DNA of 64,000 nt from Acidobacteriota bacterium (GTDB lineage: Bacteria; Acidobacteriota; UBA6911): positions 1,347 through 65,346 of the forward strand of contig JBEKIX010000005.1 in NCBI GenBank assembly GCA_050011535.1. The letters are read 5' to 3'. Numbering within the stretch: the first letter of the stretch is position 1; the number at the start of each line of letters is the position of its first letter. The translations under genes were made by a program, and so were the position numbers. The notes beneath the pieces are model-generated. The model saw nothing but the letters and a program-made list of their open reading frames with translations. It was not told the origin of the DNA and did no database searches. This document shows, piece by piece, positions 48,052 through 58,245 of this stretch.

Positions 48052-49836
48052 ATGAAGCCCGGGCATGCTCAAATCAAATCGATTCTGCTTACGGTCTGCG
48101 TGCTTGCGTGGAGCGCCGGCGCCGTGTTTGCCGGCGTCAGCCGCATCATCCAGGAACGTTACCGCGGCAATTATGAAAACAAAGCCCTCTACCTGAAGAT
48201 ACCGATCATCTCGGACAAACAGTACGTGTACATCACCGGCCAGAGTTTTCGGAATGACCAGGGGCTTGCGGGGGCTACACCGCGTTTCAAGGTGGGAGAA
48301 CAGGTGCGCGTGCTTGGCCTCGACTTTGGGGGAGACGAGATCAAGTTCAAGCTCGGCGCCATCACGGGCACCGCGATTGCGGGCACCACTGTTATCGAAC
48401 TGGTTTACAAGTTCGACGCCCCTCTGCAGGACAGTTTCCCCAACAGCGGTGTTTTCGACAAGGCTCTTGCGGCGACCTTCACCGAGGGTTTGAAGTACAC
48501 CGAGCTGGATGACGCAAAGCGAAATTACGTGGAGCAGGAATTCGAGCGCATTTCGCGCGAGATCGCAACCGCATCCGGCACCGATCGGGACACGGTCTTG
48601 AAGTACGTGGCGCCGCAGCTGCCCGCCTACCAGGACGCAATGCGGGAAATCACGAATCTCCAGAATCGAAACCAGGATCTCAGCCGGCAAGTCACTCAAT
48701 CGCAAGGCGAGAATCGCAAGCTCGAATCTGATTCGAAGAGCCAGCAGGCCGAGATCACCCGACTGCGTAACCAGGCATCGAGCCTGCAGGAGAAGATGGA
48801 CAACTCCTCCTCCCAGCTTCAGAGACTGAGCGATGACCTGCGCAGCGCCCGCGGAGTTTCGCAGAGTTACCAGCGGGAATTGGCGAACCTGGAACACTCT
48901 CTGAAGATCAAAATCGATCCCAACCGGGACCTTGCGTCGCAGATCGCCGAGCTGGGACAAGTGATGCAGAAAATACAGAAGGACAACGACGACCTCCAGA
49001 ACGAGAATGGATCCCTGCATTCCAACCTCGACAAAGAACAATCAGACAACGCCAAGCTGTCGGGAGAGAATCAGGACCTCAAGAATTCGGTCCGGCAGAA
49101 GGACGACACCATCAAGACCCTCACTTCGAAGGAGGATTCCCTCGCACGCCAGTATTTCATGCTCAAACAGACCAAGGAGAACCTGGAAAACGTCACGCTT
49201 TCGATCGCCAATTTGAACACGCGCCTTGTGGAGGAAAAGACCGACGGAGGCGTCCAGTCCGGCACCATCAATGCCTATCTGGGAGACACCCTGATCGGTT
49301 CATTCGGATGGCGGCTTCCGGAGCGCTTGAACTCCAGCCAGGAGAAAGAGGGGGACGCATATTTTTCGACGGAATCGATCGATTATGTGCGCATAACTCC
49401 AGAGGAGCGTCACATTTTGCAGTCGTTGGGCGAACCCCTCAAGCTGCATGTGAGCCTCGTGTCCCGTTCTGACTCTATGGAAGTGAAGCCGGAAAAGGAA
49501 GATGCGGTGCAGCAGGTCGGAGAGCGCGACAGGGCCACGTGGCGCTGGCAGATCGCCAACCGCGGAGGGCGGGACACTCATCTGTTGCTGGCGGTGCAGC
49601 TGGTTAACAAGAACGGTGACGGCATTCCCCTGATTCAGGCCGAGCAGCTCATTTCCACGTCGAATCTGGTGCGCCAGATCCGAAACTACCTGCAGCCGAT
49701 TCCGCTGCTCTTCGGCGCCGTGCTCGGTTCTCTGCTGGCATGCATTACCGGTCTTTTCAAACGTGTCCGGCACGGCGGTCCGGTACGACGGGAACCCCTG
49801 GCGAAGACGCCCTACGCGGGGCCGAAACAGCTCTAA
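48052..49836 (+). CDS. hypothetical secreted/membrane protein with a long central coiled-coil and a C-terminal TM anchor
   Basis: Signal peptide, a roughly 200-aa Q/E/L/N-rich heptad region (RLRNQASSLQEKMDNSSSQLQRLSDDLRSA...) and a C-terminal hydrophobic helix (IPLLFGAVLGSLLACITGLF). Confidence 0.6.
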   Translation: MKPGHAQIKSILLTVCVLAWSAGAVFAGVSRIIQERYRGNYENKALYLKIPIISDKQYVYITGQSFRNDQGLAGATPRFKVGEQVRVLGLDFGGDEIKFKLGAITGTAIAGTTVIELVYKFDAPLQDSFPNSGVFDKALAATFTEGLKYTELDDAKRNYVEQEFERISREIATASGTDRDTVLKYVAPQLPAYQDAMREITNLQNRNQDLSRQVTQSQGENRKLESDSKSQQAEITRLRNQASSLQEKMDNSSSQLQRLSDDLRSARGVSQSYQRELANLEHSLKIKIDPNRDLASQIAELGQVMQKIQKDNDDLQNENGSLHSNLDKEQSDNAKLSGENQDLKNSVRQKDDTIKTLTSKEDSLARQYFMLKQTKENLENVTLSIANLNTRLVEEKTDGGVQSGTINAYLGDTLIGSFGWRLPERLNSSQEKEGDAYFSTESIDYVRITPEERHILQSLGEPLKLHVSLVSRSDSMEVKPEKEDAVQQVGERDRATWRWQIANRGGRDTHLLLAVQLVNKNGDGIPLIQAEQLISTSNLVRQIRNYLQPIPLLFGAVLGSLLACITGLFKRVRHGGPVRREPLAKTPYAGPKQL

Positions 49837-49888
49837 AGAACTTGGGTTTCGTGGCAGCGCGCGCCGTTCCCGAGATGCGCCGCGCGGG

Positions 49889-51697
49889 CTAGATTCCCTT
49901 GAAATGAAGCGCTGCAAGGCGCCGCACCATGCTCGCGTCTGCCGGTTTGAGAAGCCTGAAGTTGTACTTCTTGTTGTTCCGCGTGCGCATCGAGATTTCG
50001 TCTCCTTCCACGGTGAAGCCTCGCAGGTCCCCATAGGCGTCGAAGAAACTGTGGTCGGATTCCGTGGTTTTGAATTCGACCCCTTCATCCGTGATGCGCA
50101 GCGTCCCACGGCAGCTCGAAAAGACATGCTTGTGCTCGACGGGGAACGCGGTGGCCTGCATCGCATTCAACTGCATGCGATCCTGCAAATCCTGGATCAT
50201 CACCGTGATCCGGTCGGGAGTGTACTTGTCGACGCCTCCCAGGGCTTTAGCCTTTTCGAAATGTTCCATCGCCTGCGCAAGGTCGTTTCGGTGCCGGTCA
50301 TAGAGCAGACCGAGGTTCATGTGTGCAAGTGTGTTGTTGGGATTGAGCGAGAGGCATTTTTCGAAATTCAGAATCGCAGTGTCCAGCTGTTTCTGATCCT
50401 GATAGATAGTCCCGAGGTAGAAATAGGCTTCGTCGCCGGTTGGATCGAGTTTGAGATACTCCTGCCACTCCGAAAGCGACTTGTCCCGCGCTCCCGCCCG
50501 ATACGCGGCAATGGCCGAGTTGCGCAGGGTGGCGAGTTTTTCGCGAAACTGCTGCTGTTCCTCCTGCTGGCGCTGAAGCCGCTGTTGCTCGGCGCGGGCG
50601 GCATCCGCCAGTCTGGCATCGATCATCACCACACGCGAGGCGCTGTACTTGTCATCCGGGAAATACTGAAGGATCTGTTTGAAGTCGCCGCGGGCGCCTT
50701 GCAGATCGCCGTTGCTGAGCTTGGTGTCCCCGCGATTCTGCAGGATCTCGACCAGGTGCGCGGTCGCACCCTGCGCATATACATTTTTCTTTTCGAGCCG
50801 CAGGATGTTGTGCAAGGCATCCCAGGCGTTGTCCTTCTCGGGAGGGAGCAGAATTCCCACCTTCAGGGCGGCCTCCGCCTTGTTCTTCCACTCCTCGATC
50901 TGCTTCTCCCTGTCCTGCACGCTGGCATCGATCTTAGCGGAAATGTCCGCCAAGCGCTCACTGATCGCGATGTCGTTCGGATAGATGACCACCAGGCTCT
51001 TATACCCGTTTTCCGCCGACAGCCAGTCCTCGCGAGCGTAAGCAAGATCTGCCTTCTGGCGGACCTCTTCCGCCACCGCATTCTTCGCCTCGGTGGCGTC
51101 GGCATTGCTGGGGTCGATCTCAAGCATCTTGTTGGCAAAATAAAGCACGTTGTAGTCGTCCGGAGGCGGGAGCAACATGTTTTCTTGGCGCGCGGTCTCC
51201 AGCTTTTTCTTCCAGGACTCCAGTTCGGCGAGTTGTTCGTTGGTGAGGATGGGCACGAGCGGCTTCAATGTCAGATGCAGGTTCTCCGTGGAGTAGGGCA
51301 TCACCTCCACCTGCTGTACCAGATCTGCATAGCCGTCCTTGGCCGCCTTTACCTGGTGCCCTCCCGCTTTTACGTCCCCCAGCGTAAGCGCGGATACACC
51401 GCGCTCCTTCCCATCCACAAAAATGGTTGCGCCCGGAGGGGTGGTCTTGATTACGAGGTTGCCGAACTTCGGCCGCAGGTAAATATAGGAAAAAACCCCG
51501 ACGAAGCTGACCGCGCTTGTCAACAGGAGGATTGCCAGGGCGATAAGCAGTGTCCGAACCTTGATCCGCGCCGGTTCGGAAGGATACTCTGCCTCTTGCG
51601 ATTTGTCCTCGGGCTCGAATTCCAGTTCGCCGCCCTCCACCGGACAGAAGTCAAACTGGTCGGGATAATTATTGCCGCACTTGGAGCATTTTTTCAT
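49889..51697 (-). CDS. zinc-ribbon / PEGA-domain / TPR-repeat membrane protein
   Basis: MKKCSKCGNNYPDQFDFCPVEG zinc ribbon, a TM helix, a PEGA-like beta domain (IKTTPPGATIFVDGKERG) and multiple TPR motifs (AYFYLGTIYQDQKQLDTAILNFEKCLSLNP). Confidence 0.75.
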   Translation of the reverse strand: MKKCSKCGNNYPDQFDFCPVEGGELEFEPEDKSQEAEYPSEPARIKVRTLLIALAILLLTSAVSFVGVFSYIYLRPKFGNLVIKTTPPGATIFVDGKERGVSALTLGDVKAGGHQVKAAKDGYADLVQQVEVMPYSTENLHLTLKPLVPILTNEQLAELESWKKKLETARQENMLLPPPDDYNVLYFANKMLEIDPSNADATEAKNAVAEEVRQKADLAYAREDWLSAENGYKSLVVIYPNDIAISERLADISAKIDASVQDREKQIEEWKNKAEAALKVGILLPPEKDNAWDALHNILRLEKKNVYAQGATAHLVEILQNRGDTKLSNGDLQGARGDFKQILQYFPDDKYSASRVVMIDARLADAARAEQQRLQRQQEEQQQFREKLATLRNSAIAAYRAGARDKSLSEWQEYLKLDPTGDEAYFYLGTIYQDQKQLDTAILNFEKCLSLNPNNTLAHMNLGLLYDRHRNDLAQAMEHFEKAKALGGVDKYTPDRITVMIQDLQDRMQLNAMQATAFPVEHKHVFSSCRGTLRITDEGVEFKTTESDHSFFDAYGDLRGFTVEGDEISMRTRNNKKYNFRLLKPADASMVRRLAALHFKGI

Positions 51698-51778
51698 CGG
51701 AGCTAAAATAGCACACCCGGCTCAGGCGGGCGAAAAAATCGGTTTTCCGGGAAACGCCTGTGCCGTGCCAAGATTAAG

Positions 51779-52435
51779 ATGTTCAGCCTGAAGTGTGACC
51801 TCGAACCGTTTCTTACCGGAGGATCGCCCACCGTGGCCATGGAACATGTTGTCAAGCAGGCGAAGATCCTGGAACTCGGCTGTGGCCGCACGAAGCGCCC
51901 GCATGCCATCGGCATCGACCGAATTCCGCTGCCCGGCGTCGATATCGTGCACGATTTGAATCAAGTGCCGTATCCGTTCGCGGACAACACATTCGACGAA
52001 GTCTATGCCATTCACGTGATCGAACATATGGATTCGATTCTGCTGGTGATGGAGGAGATTTACCGCATCACACGCCCCAACGCCCGCGTGGTCATCATTA
52101 CGCCTCATCATAGTGACGCCATCTCCTGGCAGGATCCATCACACAAATGGCATTTGAACTCGTATTCTTTCAGCTATTTTGATCCGGCCTACCACACCAA
52201 CTACTACACGACCGCCCGTTTTCGCATCAAAACCAAGCATCTCGAGATGGCCTCCATCTGGAAGTCGCTCGGGCTGCAGTATCTGATTAATCTCGACAAC
52301 CGTTATCCAGCGCTGCGCTTCCTGCGCAAACTCTGGGAGCAGCACCTCTGCTACGTACTGCGCGGCAAGCAGATGGAATTCATCCTCGAGACCGTAAAAG
52401 AAGAGTCCGCAGGGATGCGGCAAGCCGAGCCCTGA
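51779..52435 (+). CDS. class I SAM-dependent methyltransferase
   Basis: ILELGCG motif I and Methyltransf_11-like downstream blocks. Confidence 0.8.
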   Translation: MFSLKCDLEPFLTGGSPTVAMEHVVKQAKILELGCGRTKRPHAIGIDRIPLPGVDIVHDLNQVPYPFADNTFDEVYAIHVIEHMDSILLVMEEIYRITRPNARVVIITPHHSDAISWQDPSHKWHLNSYSFSYFDPAYHTNYYTTARFRIKTKHLEMASIWKSLGLQYLINLDNRYPALRFLRKLWEQHLCYVLRGKQMEFILETVKEESAGMRQAEP

Positions 52436-52478
52436 ACGGGCGACAGATAAATCTTTCCTTATCTAGGCTCCATTCGTC

Positions 52479-53855
52479 TCAGATCATGCCCGTCTTGGCG
52501 CGTGGCAGGAATTCGCCCCCTCCGGGGCGTCCCATGGCTTTTCCTTCGCGGGCGATGATTTTCCCTCGCTGCACCACAAGCCAGGGATACCCGTGTACTC
52601 TCATCCCTTCATAGGCGCAGTAATCGACGCGGGAGAGCCCCATTGCTTTCGACAGGATCTGATCGGTCCTGGGGTCGAAGATCACCAGATCCGCGTCGCT
52701 CCCTACCGCGATCGTCCCCTTGCGCGGGAACAGGCCGAAGAGCTTTGCCGGCATGGTGCAGAGCAGATCCACGGCACGGTTCATTGAAATCCGGCCTCCT
52801 TGCACGGCCTCCGAAGCGATGGCGCAAAAGCGTTCCTGCACTCCCGAGAAACCACGCGGAGCCTGGAGCACGATGTCTTTCCCCAGGTCTTTCTGGCCGG
52901 CAAAGTTGAAGGCAGCATGGTCGCTGCCGATGAGCTGGATGTCCCCCGAGCGGATCGCCTTCCAGAGAACATCCTGGTGCCACGCAGGTCGCAGCGGCGG
53001 AGTGACGTAGTATTTGACGGATTCGGCGTCCTCATAGCGGTCGCTGTTGAGAAGGAGGTATTGAGGGCATGATTCGGCATACACCGTTTGTCCCCGGTCC
53101 CGCGCCGCCTTGACCTTTTCCAATGCATGCGCCGAGGAAACTCCCATCAAGCAGACCGGGGTGCGGGCGAAATCGGCGAGGGCGATGACGCGCCCCGCCG
53201 CTTCCGCCTCTGCTTCAGGCGGACGGAGTGCAGGGAGGTACTTGGCGGAGGTTTTACCCTCGGCTGAAAGGCGCCGCCACAGCAGATCGATAAGCTCGCC
53301 GTTCTCGGCATGGATGCAGGCAAGCCCGCCTGCAGCCGTTACCCGCTGCAGGAACTCCAGCACGGCGCCATCGTTGATGCGGTGCTCACCGATGCCTTCC
53401 AGTGAAACCTGGAAACTCGTAACCCCTGCATCCACCACGGACGGAATCTCGCTCAGTATCCCGTCGTTTACTTCCGACAACGCAATGTGAAACCCATAAT
53501 CCACGACGGCGCGTTGCTCCGCCTTGACCTTCCATGCCTCCACTGCCTGCGCCAGAGTTGATCCCGGCGCTATATTCACAAGGTCCACTACCGTCGTGGT
53601 ACCGCCTGCGGCGGCGGCGGCGGTTCCGGTCTCGAAATCATCCACGGTGGTCATGCCGTCGACCTGGGTGTCGAGCCGGGTATGCATGTCAACCCCGCCC
53701 GGCAGAACCCACTTGTCAGTCGCGTCGATGATTTCGCTCGCGATCTTTGAAATTTCCCTGCCGATCTCGGAAACGATCCCGCTCTTTACCAGAATATCGG
53801 CCTTGTACATATCCGTAGAAGTGATGATGGTTCCATTCTTGATCAAGGTCGTCAT
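52479..53855 (-). CDS. dihydropyrimidinase / D-hydantoinase (cyclic amidohydrolase)
   Basis: IKNGTIIT ... VLPGGVDMHTRLD metal-binding His pair and hydantoinase-family blocks. Confidence 0.9.
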   Translation of the reverse strand: MTTLIKNGTIITSTDMYKADILVKSGIVSEIGREISKIASEIIDATDKWVLPGGVDMHTRLDTQVDGMTTVDDFETGTAAAAAGGTTTVVDLVNIAPGSTLAQAVEAWKVKAEQRAVVDYGFHIALSEVNDGILSEIPSVVDAGVTSFQVSLEGIGEHRINDGAVLEFLQRVTAAGGLACIHAENGELIDLLWRRLSAEGKTSAKYLPALRPPEAEAEAAGRVIALADFARTPVCLMGVSSAHALEKVKAARDRGQTVYAESCPQYLLLNSDRYEDAESVKYYVTPPLRPAWHQDVLWKAIRSGDIQLIGSDHAAFNFAGQKDLGKDIVLQAPRGFSGVQERFCAIASEAVQGGRISMNRAVDLLCTMPAKLFGLFPRKGTIAVGSDADLVIFDPRTDQILSKAMGLSRVDYCAYEGMRVHGYPWLVVQRGKIIAREGKAMGRPGGGEFLPRAKTGMI

Positions 53856-54134
53856 AAGATCTCCAGCACAAAATGAAGCGTTTCTTCCGAAAGATCGATA
53901 GCGGATGATCGGAATACGGCGGCGGGTTTGCGGGCGCGCTGCGCCTTCGGGCTTCTCCGAGTGCCGCAGAAGCAGACCGGCGGTTCGACTATGTCTGCTG
54001 GAGCTGATGCTGAGACCAGTCCAGCAGGCCTACTGCGTCGTCCGTGTCCCTCTTGTTGCACGTCAGAGAGGGGGAGATGCGGAACACGTTTCCGTAGAGC
54101 TCCCCATTGCCAAGTCCATCAGCCGGCGCTTTTC

Positions 54135-54827
54135 CTACACAGTCGGCTGATGGGTCTTGCGATCCCGCACCAACTCCACGCCCTGCACGAGGCCCATCCC
54201 ACGGACCTCTCCGAGGCGGAGGTGCCTTTTCTGCAGCTCCTCGAGTGAATCAGCGAGTTCCGGAGTTGCCCCGGTATCCCCGGCCGGGAGTGCGACAGCC
54301 AGCCCTTTCGCAATGGTAATCATGTTGGGCTGGACTCCCCAGGGGTCGAGGCCGAACCATGTTCCGCCGGCCCGGCCCAAGCCGGTCCGAACCTCGTCGC
54401 CAATCCAAACATCGCCGTACTTGCGTATAATCTTCGCTACGATCGCTTGGTACTCCTTGAGCGGGGCGATGAAACCAACCTCGCCGTCCATTGGTTCTGC
54501 AATTATGGCCGCCAGCTGCCGGCTGGCAGCCTTACAAATCAACTCCTCCATGTCCCGGGTGCAAACCAGGTCGCGTTCCGGACAAGTCCTTTCAAACAGA
54601 GTGCGATAACGACAATCAAGGGAGCGCTTCTGTTTCCCCGGGATGCCCTGACTCTTCCGCTGCATGAAACCCGCCTCTGCATTCCGCCGGCTGCCCATGG
54701 CAGCCTTCTCCTCACCGGGCTTTTCGAGCTGCACCTCCTTCACGAAGTCATTCCTACCGTCGGGTGCGTTCCCGCCGGTCATCTCAGGCGGCCTGCAGGT
54801 AAATGCCCGATTTCGCATCGGAGGCAA
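54135..54827 (-). pseudogene. truncated class III (omega) aminotransferase remnant
   Basis: Only the middle portion is AT-like (AAIIAEPMDGEVGFIAP ... DEVRTGLGRAGGTWF ... ITIAKGL ... VRGMGLVQGVEL). The first ~95 aa of the ORF are non-homologous read-through. The ~200-aa N-terminal domain and the C-terminal ~70 aa are absent. The hutU promoter abuts the 5' side. Confidence 0.5.
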
Positions 54828-54958
54828 TTATATCAAATTCGGGGACCGCCACCTCAATACCCTAATTCCCCTCCGCCGGTCGACTTGATGGTGGCCGGCA
54901 AATGTAATAGCATGCGCCTGTTTTTCCAGGGGAAAACCCCATCCGGCAGGAGGCTGTG

Positions 54959-56626
54959 ATGACAACAACCGACACGAATCGGAAGATCCGAGCGCCTCGC
55001 GGAACCAATCTGAGCTGCAAAGGATGGCAGCAGGAAGCCGCCATGCGCATGCTGATGAACAACCTGGACCCCGATGTCGGCGAGCGCCCTGACGAGCTGA
55101 TCGTATACGGCGGCAGCGGCAAGGCCGCGCGCAACTGGGAGTGCTACCACGCCATCGTCGCTTCGCTGCAGGCACTCGAAAATGATGAGACCCTGCTCGT
55201 GCAGTCCGGCAAGCCCGTAGGCATCTTTCGCACGCACGAATACGCTCCGCGCGTTCTGATCGCCAACGCAAATCTTGTCGGCAACTGGGACAATTGGACC
55301 GAGTTTCGCAGACTCGAAGCTCTCGGCCTGATGATGTATGGACAGATGACGGCAGGAAGCTGGATCTACATCGGCAGCCAGGGAATTGTCCAGGGCACGT
55401 ATGAGACCTTCGCCTCGATGGCGCGCAAACATTTCGGCGGAAGCTTGCGCGGCAAGATTCTGCTTACCGGCGGGCTCGGGGGCATGGGTGGAGCCCAGCC
55501 TTTGGCCGCTACCATGCTCGGCGCCGCCTTCCTCGGCATCGACGTGGATCCGGAGAGAATCCGGAAAAGACTGCACACAGAATACTGCCAGCGGATTTCT
55601 TACGACCTGGATGAAGCCCTGTCTCTCGTCGAAGGCGCGGCGCAAAAAGGGGAAGCCATTTCTGTTGGATTGGTGGGGAACTGCGCCGAGGTTCTGCCGG
55701 AGCTGGTGCGGAGGGGATTCACCCCGGATGCGCTCACGGACCAGACCAGCGCGCACGATCCGTTGAACGGCTACGTTCCGGCGGGCGTCACGCTGGAACA
55801 GGCGGCGCGGCTGCGCCGTGAGGATCCGGACGAGTATGTGCGCCGCAGCATGGATTCCATCGCCACGCACGTGCGCGCGATGCTCGACCTGCAGAAAAGC
55901 GGCGCCGTCACGTTCGACTACGGCAACAACATCCGCGGGCATGCGCTCAAAGCAGGTGTCGCCAACGCGCTCGATTTCCCCGGATTTGTTCCCGCGTATA
56001 TCCGCCCCCTGTTCTGCGAGGGACGCGGTCCTTTTCGCTGGGCCGCGCTGTCCGGCGATCCCGCCGACATCGCCGCGACGGATGACCTGGTGCTGGAGAT
56101 GTTCCCGGAAAACGAGGCGCTCTGCAACTGGATCCGCCTTGCCCGCGAGCGCATCCGCTTCCAGGGACTGCCGGCGCGAATTTGCTGGCTCGGCTACGGC
56201 GAGCGCGCCGCTTTCGGGTTGCGGATGAACGAGCTGGTGGCCTGCGGCAAGATCAAAGCGCCTATCGTGATCGGCAGAGATCACCTCGATTGCGGTTCCG
56301 TCGCGTCCCCATATCGCGAGACCGAGTCCATGAAAGACACATCTGATGCGGTTGCGGATTGGCCTATTCTGAATGCTCTGCTCAACACCGCCAGCGGCGC
56401 AAGCTGGGTGTCATTTCATGACGGCGGCGGCGTCGGCGTGGGATATTCGATGCACGCCGGCCAGGTCACCGTGGCCGATGGCACGAGCGCAATGGCTCGC
56501 CGTATCGAGCGTGTGCTCACCAACGATCCCGGCATAGGAGTCGCGCGCCACGCGGACGCCGGCTACGGCGAGGCTAAGGATTTCGCCCACAGCAAAGGCA
56601 TCAAGATCCCCATGCCCGCGGAATAA
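54959..56626 (+). CDS. hutU: urocanate hydratase
   Basis: Strong urocanase signature throughout ([28 protein letters not shown]). AGGAGG RBS. Confidence 0.95.
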   Translation: MTTTDTNRKIRAPRGTNLSCKGWQQEAAMRMLMNNLDPDVGERPDELIVYGGSGKAARNWECYHAIVASLQALENDETLLVQSGKPVGIFRTHEYAPRVLIANANLVGNWDNWTEFRRLEALGLMMYGQMTAGSWIYIGSQGIVQGTYETFASMARKHFGGSLRGKILLTGGLGGMGGAQPLAATMLGAAFLGIDVDPERIRKRLHTEYCQRISYDLDEALSLVEGAAQKGEAISVGLVGNCAEVLPELVRRGFTPDALTDQTSAHDPLNGYVPAGVTLEQAARLRREDPDEYVRRSMDSIATHVRAMLDLQKSGAVTFDYGNNIRGHALKAGVANALDFPGFVPAYIRPLFCEGRGPFRWAALSGDPADIAATDDLVLEMFPENEALCNWIRLARERIRFQGLPARICWLGYGERAAFGLRMNELVACGKIKAPIVIGRDHLDCGSVASPYRETESMKDTSDAVADWPILNALLNTASGASWVSFHDGGGVGVGYSMHAGQVTVADGTSAMARRIERVLTNDPGIGVARHADAGYGEAKDFAHSKGIKIPMPAE

Positions 56627-56687
56627 TCATTGAAATAACCTCGCCTCTCGGGAAACAGTCCTGGTACCGCGGCACGTATGATTCCCC

Positions 56688-57343
56688 GTGGCGGACATGG
56701 ATAACCAAAGGTTCAGACTCCAGATCGATCTCAGGGAAAAGGGTTCGTGTCTCGCGGCCCTTGCGGCGGATTGCGATCTATTTGAGACAAGTTTCCAAAG
56801 GCTGCGTATTGGCGACTACATTGTCAACGGGACAACGGGACCGTTCTTATAGAGCGCAAAAGCGCTGCCGATTTTGCCGTGTCGATCGTTGACGGCAGGC
56901 TGTTTCGCCAGGCTCGGGCAATGGCGCGCACGTCTTTGCGCACCCTTTTTCTCATCGAATCTGCCGGTGCAGAGGAAGCATGTTCGTTGCATCCTCACGC
57001 TCTCTTCGGCGCTTGCATCTCCCTTGCGTTGATGTGGCGCCAGCCGGTGATCTTCAGCAGGAATCCTGAAGAATCCCTCTTGACGCTGCGGCTCGCTGCA
57101 GAACAGACGGGGTCGCTCGATGGACTGGAACTAATTCGCTGCGGCTATCGCCCGAAACGAATGGAGCGCCGCAAACTTTTTGTCCTTCAAGGTCTCCCCG
57201 GAGTCGGCCCCAAACTCGCGGCATCTCTCCTGTCCCATTTCGGTTCCGTCGAAAATGTGATGAAGGCCGGCGTGGAAGCACTTCATCAGGTGCGCGGATG
57301 TGGCCCGAAGAAGGCAGCAGCGCTCCGTGAAGTCCTCGGCTGA
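56688..57343 (+). pseudogene. ERCC4 (XPF/Hef-like) nuclease with HhH2 domain, frameshifted by an 8-bp tandem duplication
   Basis: Frame 0 gives MDNQRFRLQIDLREKGSCLAALAADCDLFETSFQRLRIGDYIVNG, then a stop. Frame +2 continues TVLIERKSAADFAVSIVDGRLFRQ ... LQGLPGVGPKLAASLL ... (ERK nuclease motif plus helix-hairpin-helix). The switch coincides with AACGGGAC AACGGGAC at 56826-56841. Confidence 0.6.
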
Positions 57344-57412
57344 GTTTTTGTCGCGAAACGTAGTCGGCTCTGCTCTTTCATGCCAGAGCCGACTACGTTT
57401 CGCGACAAAAAC
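57344..57412. terminator. 29-bp perfect inverted-repeat hairpin (11-nt loop) between convergent ERCC4 and DUF3467 genes
   Basis: GTTTTTGTCGCGAAACGTAGTCGGCTCTG ... CAGAGCCGACTACGTTTCGCGACAAAAAC. Acts as a bidirectional terminator. Confidence 0.6.
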
Positions 57413-57415
57413 TAG

Positions 57416-57718
57416 CTACTGGACCATGGTGCCGGTCGGTTTGCTCATGCCCGCCTGCTTCTCGCGCTGCGCCTGCAGGGCCTGGATCAGGCCGTCGACG
57501 ATCTGATTCGGGATCACCAGCACGGCACGCACGGGCGCGGGCAAAGTTCCGGTCTTTTGCATTCGCAGGGCCTCTTCATCGTTCATGGGGCCGAGCACGT
57601 CGCAGAAACTGAGGGTGCAATCGATCGGCGACATGCTCACCTGGACGTAGTTCGCGTAAACCCTCGGCGACGTCCGCGAATAGTCAGCAATGATCTGCAA
57701 AGGTCTTTCTTCACTCAT
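57416..57718 (-). CDS. DUF3467 domain protein
   Basis: YANYVQVSMSPIDCTLSFCDV matches the DUF3467 core. Confidence 0.65.
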   Translation of the reverse strand: MSEERPLQIIADYSRTSPRVYANYVQVSMSPIDCTLSFCDVLGPMNDEEALRMQKTGTLPAPVRAVLVIPNQIVDGLIQALQAQREKQAGMSKPTGTMVQ

Positions 57719-57847
57719 GGTTCGCTCCCATCAGGCTGCCCCCAACCTGGGCAGCAAACCTGGTGCAGGCTCCTGATCCGGCCAGGGAAGGCGTGTCTTC
57801 CGATCATCGGGCCGCAACAAAATGCCAAGTTATTCTTGCGCGAGCCC

Positions 57848-58195
57848 TTAGCCGGGGGGCCAGCGCATGGTTCTGCCGCCCATCACGTGCAGGTGCAGGT
57901 GAAAAACGGTCTGGCCCGCCTCCGCGTTCGTATTGATCACCGTGCGAAAACTGTGCAGGCCCTTGTCCTTCGCCACGCGCGCCGCGGCGAGCAGCAAGTG
58001 TCCCAGGAGTTGACCGTCTTCATCGCTGGCGTCCGCCAGCGTCGCAATGTGCTTGCGCGGCAAGACCAGCGCGTGGACCGGAGCCTTGGGGTGGACGTCC
58101 TCGATGGCAATGCAGTAGTCGTCCCCATGGATTACGCGCGCCGGCCTCTCGTCGGCGATGATCTGGCAAAAAACGCAACCGTTCCATTTCGTCAT
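57848..58195 (-). CDS. HIT-family (histidine triad) nucleotide hydrolase
   Basis: CVFCQII N-terminus and the HLHLHVMGG histidine triad. Confidence 0.9.
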   Translation of the reverse strand: MTKWNGCVFCQIIADERPARVIHGDDYCIAIEDVHPKAPVHALVLPRKHIATLADASDEDGQLLGHLLLAAARVAKDKGLHSFRTVINTNAEAGQTVFHLHLHVMGGRTMRWPPG

Positions 58196-58245
58196 GATTT
58201 TGCTGTAAGCATAAAGAAGCAGCCGCCGGACGGCAAATGGAATCA

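Noticed and set aside
53852-54150. Small ORFs (69-81 aa) in the 280-bp gap after the aminotransferase remnant
   Set aside because: Arg/Pro-rich with no motifs. Interpreted as decayed non-coding remnant of the aminotransferase 3' end.
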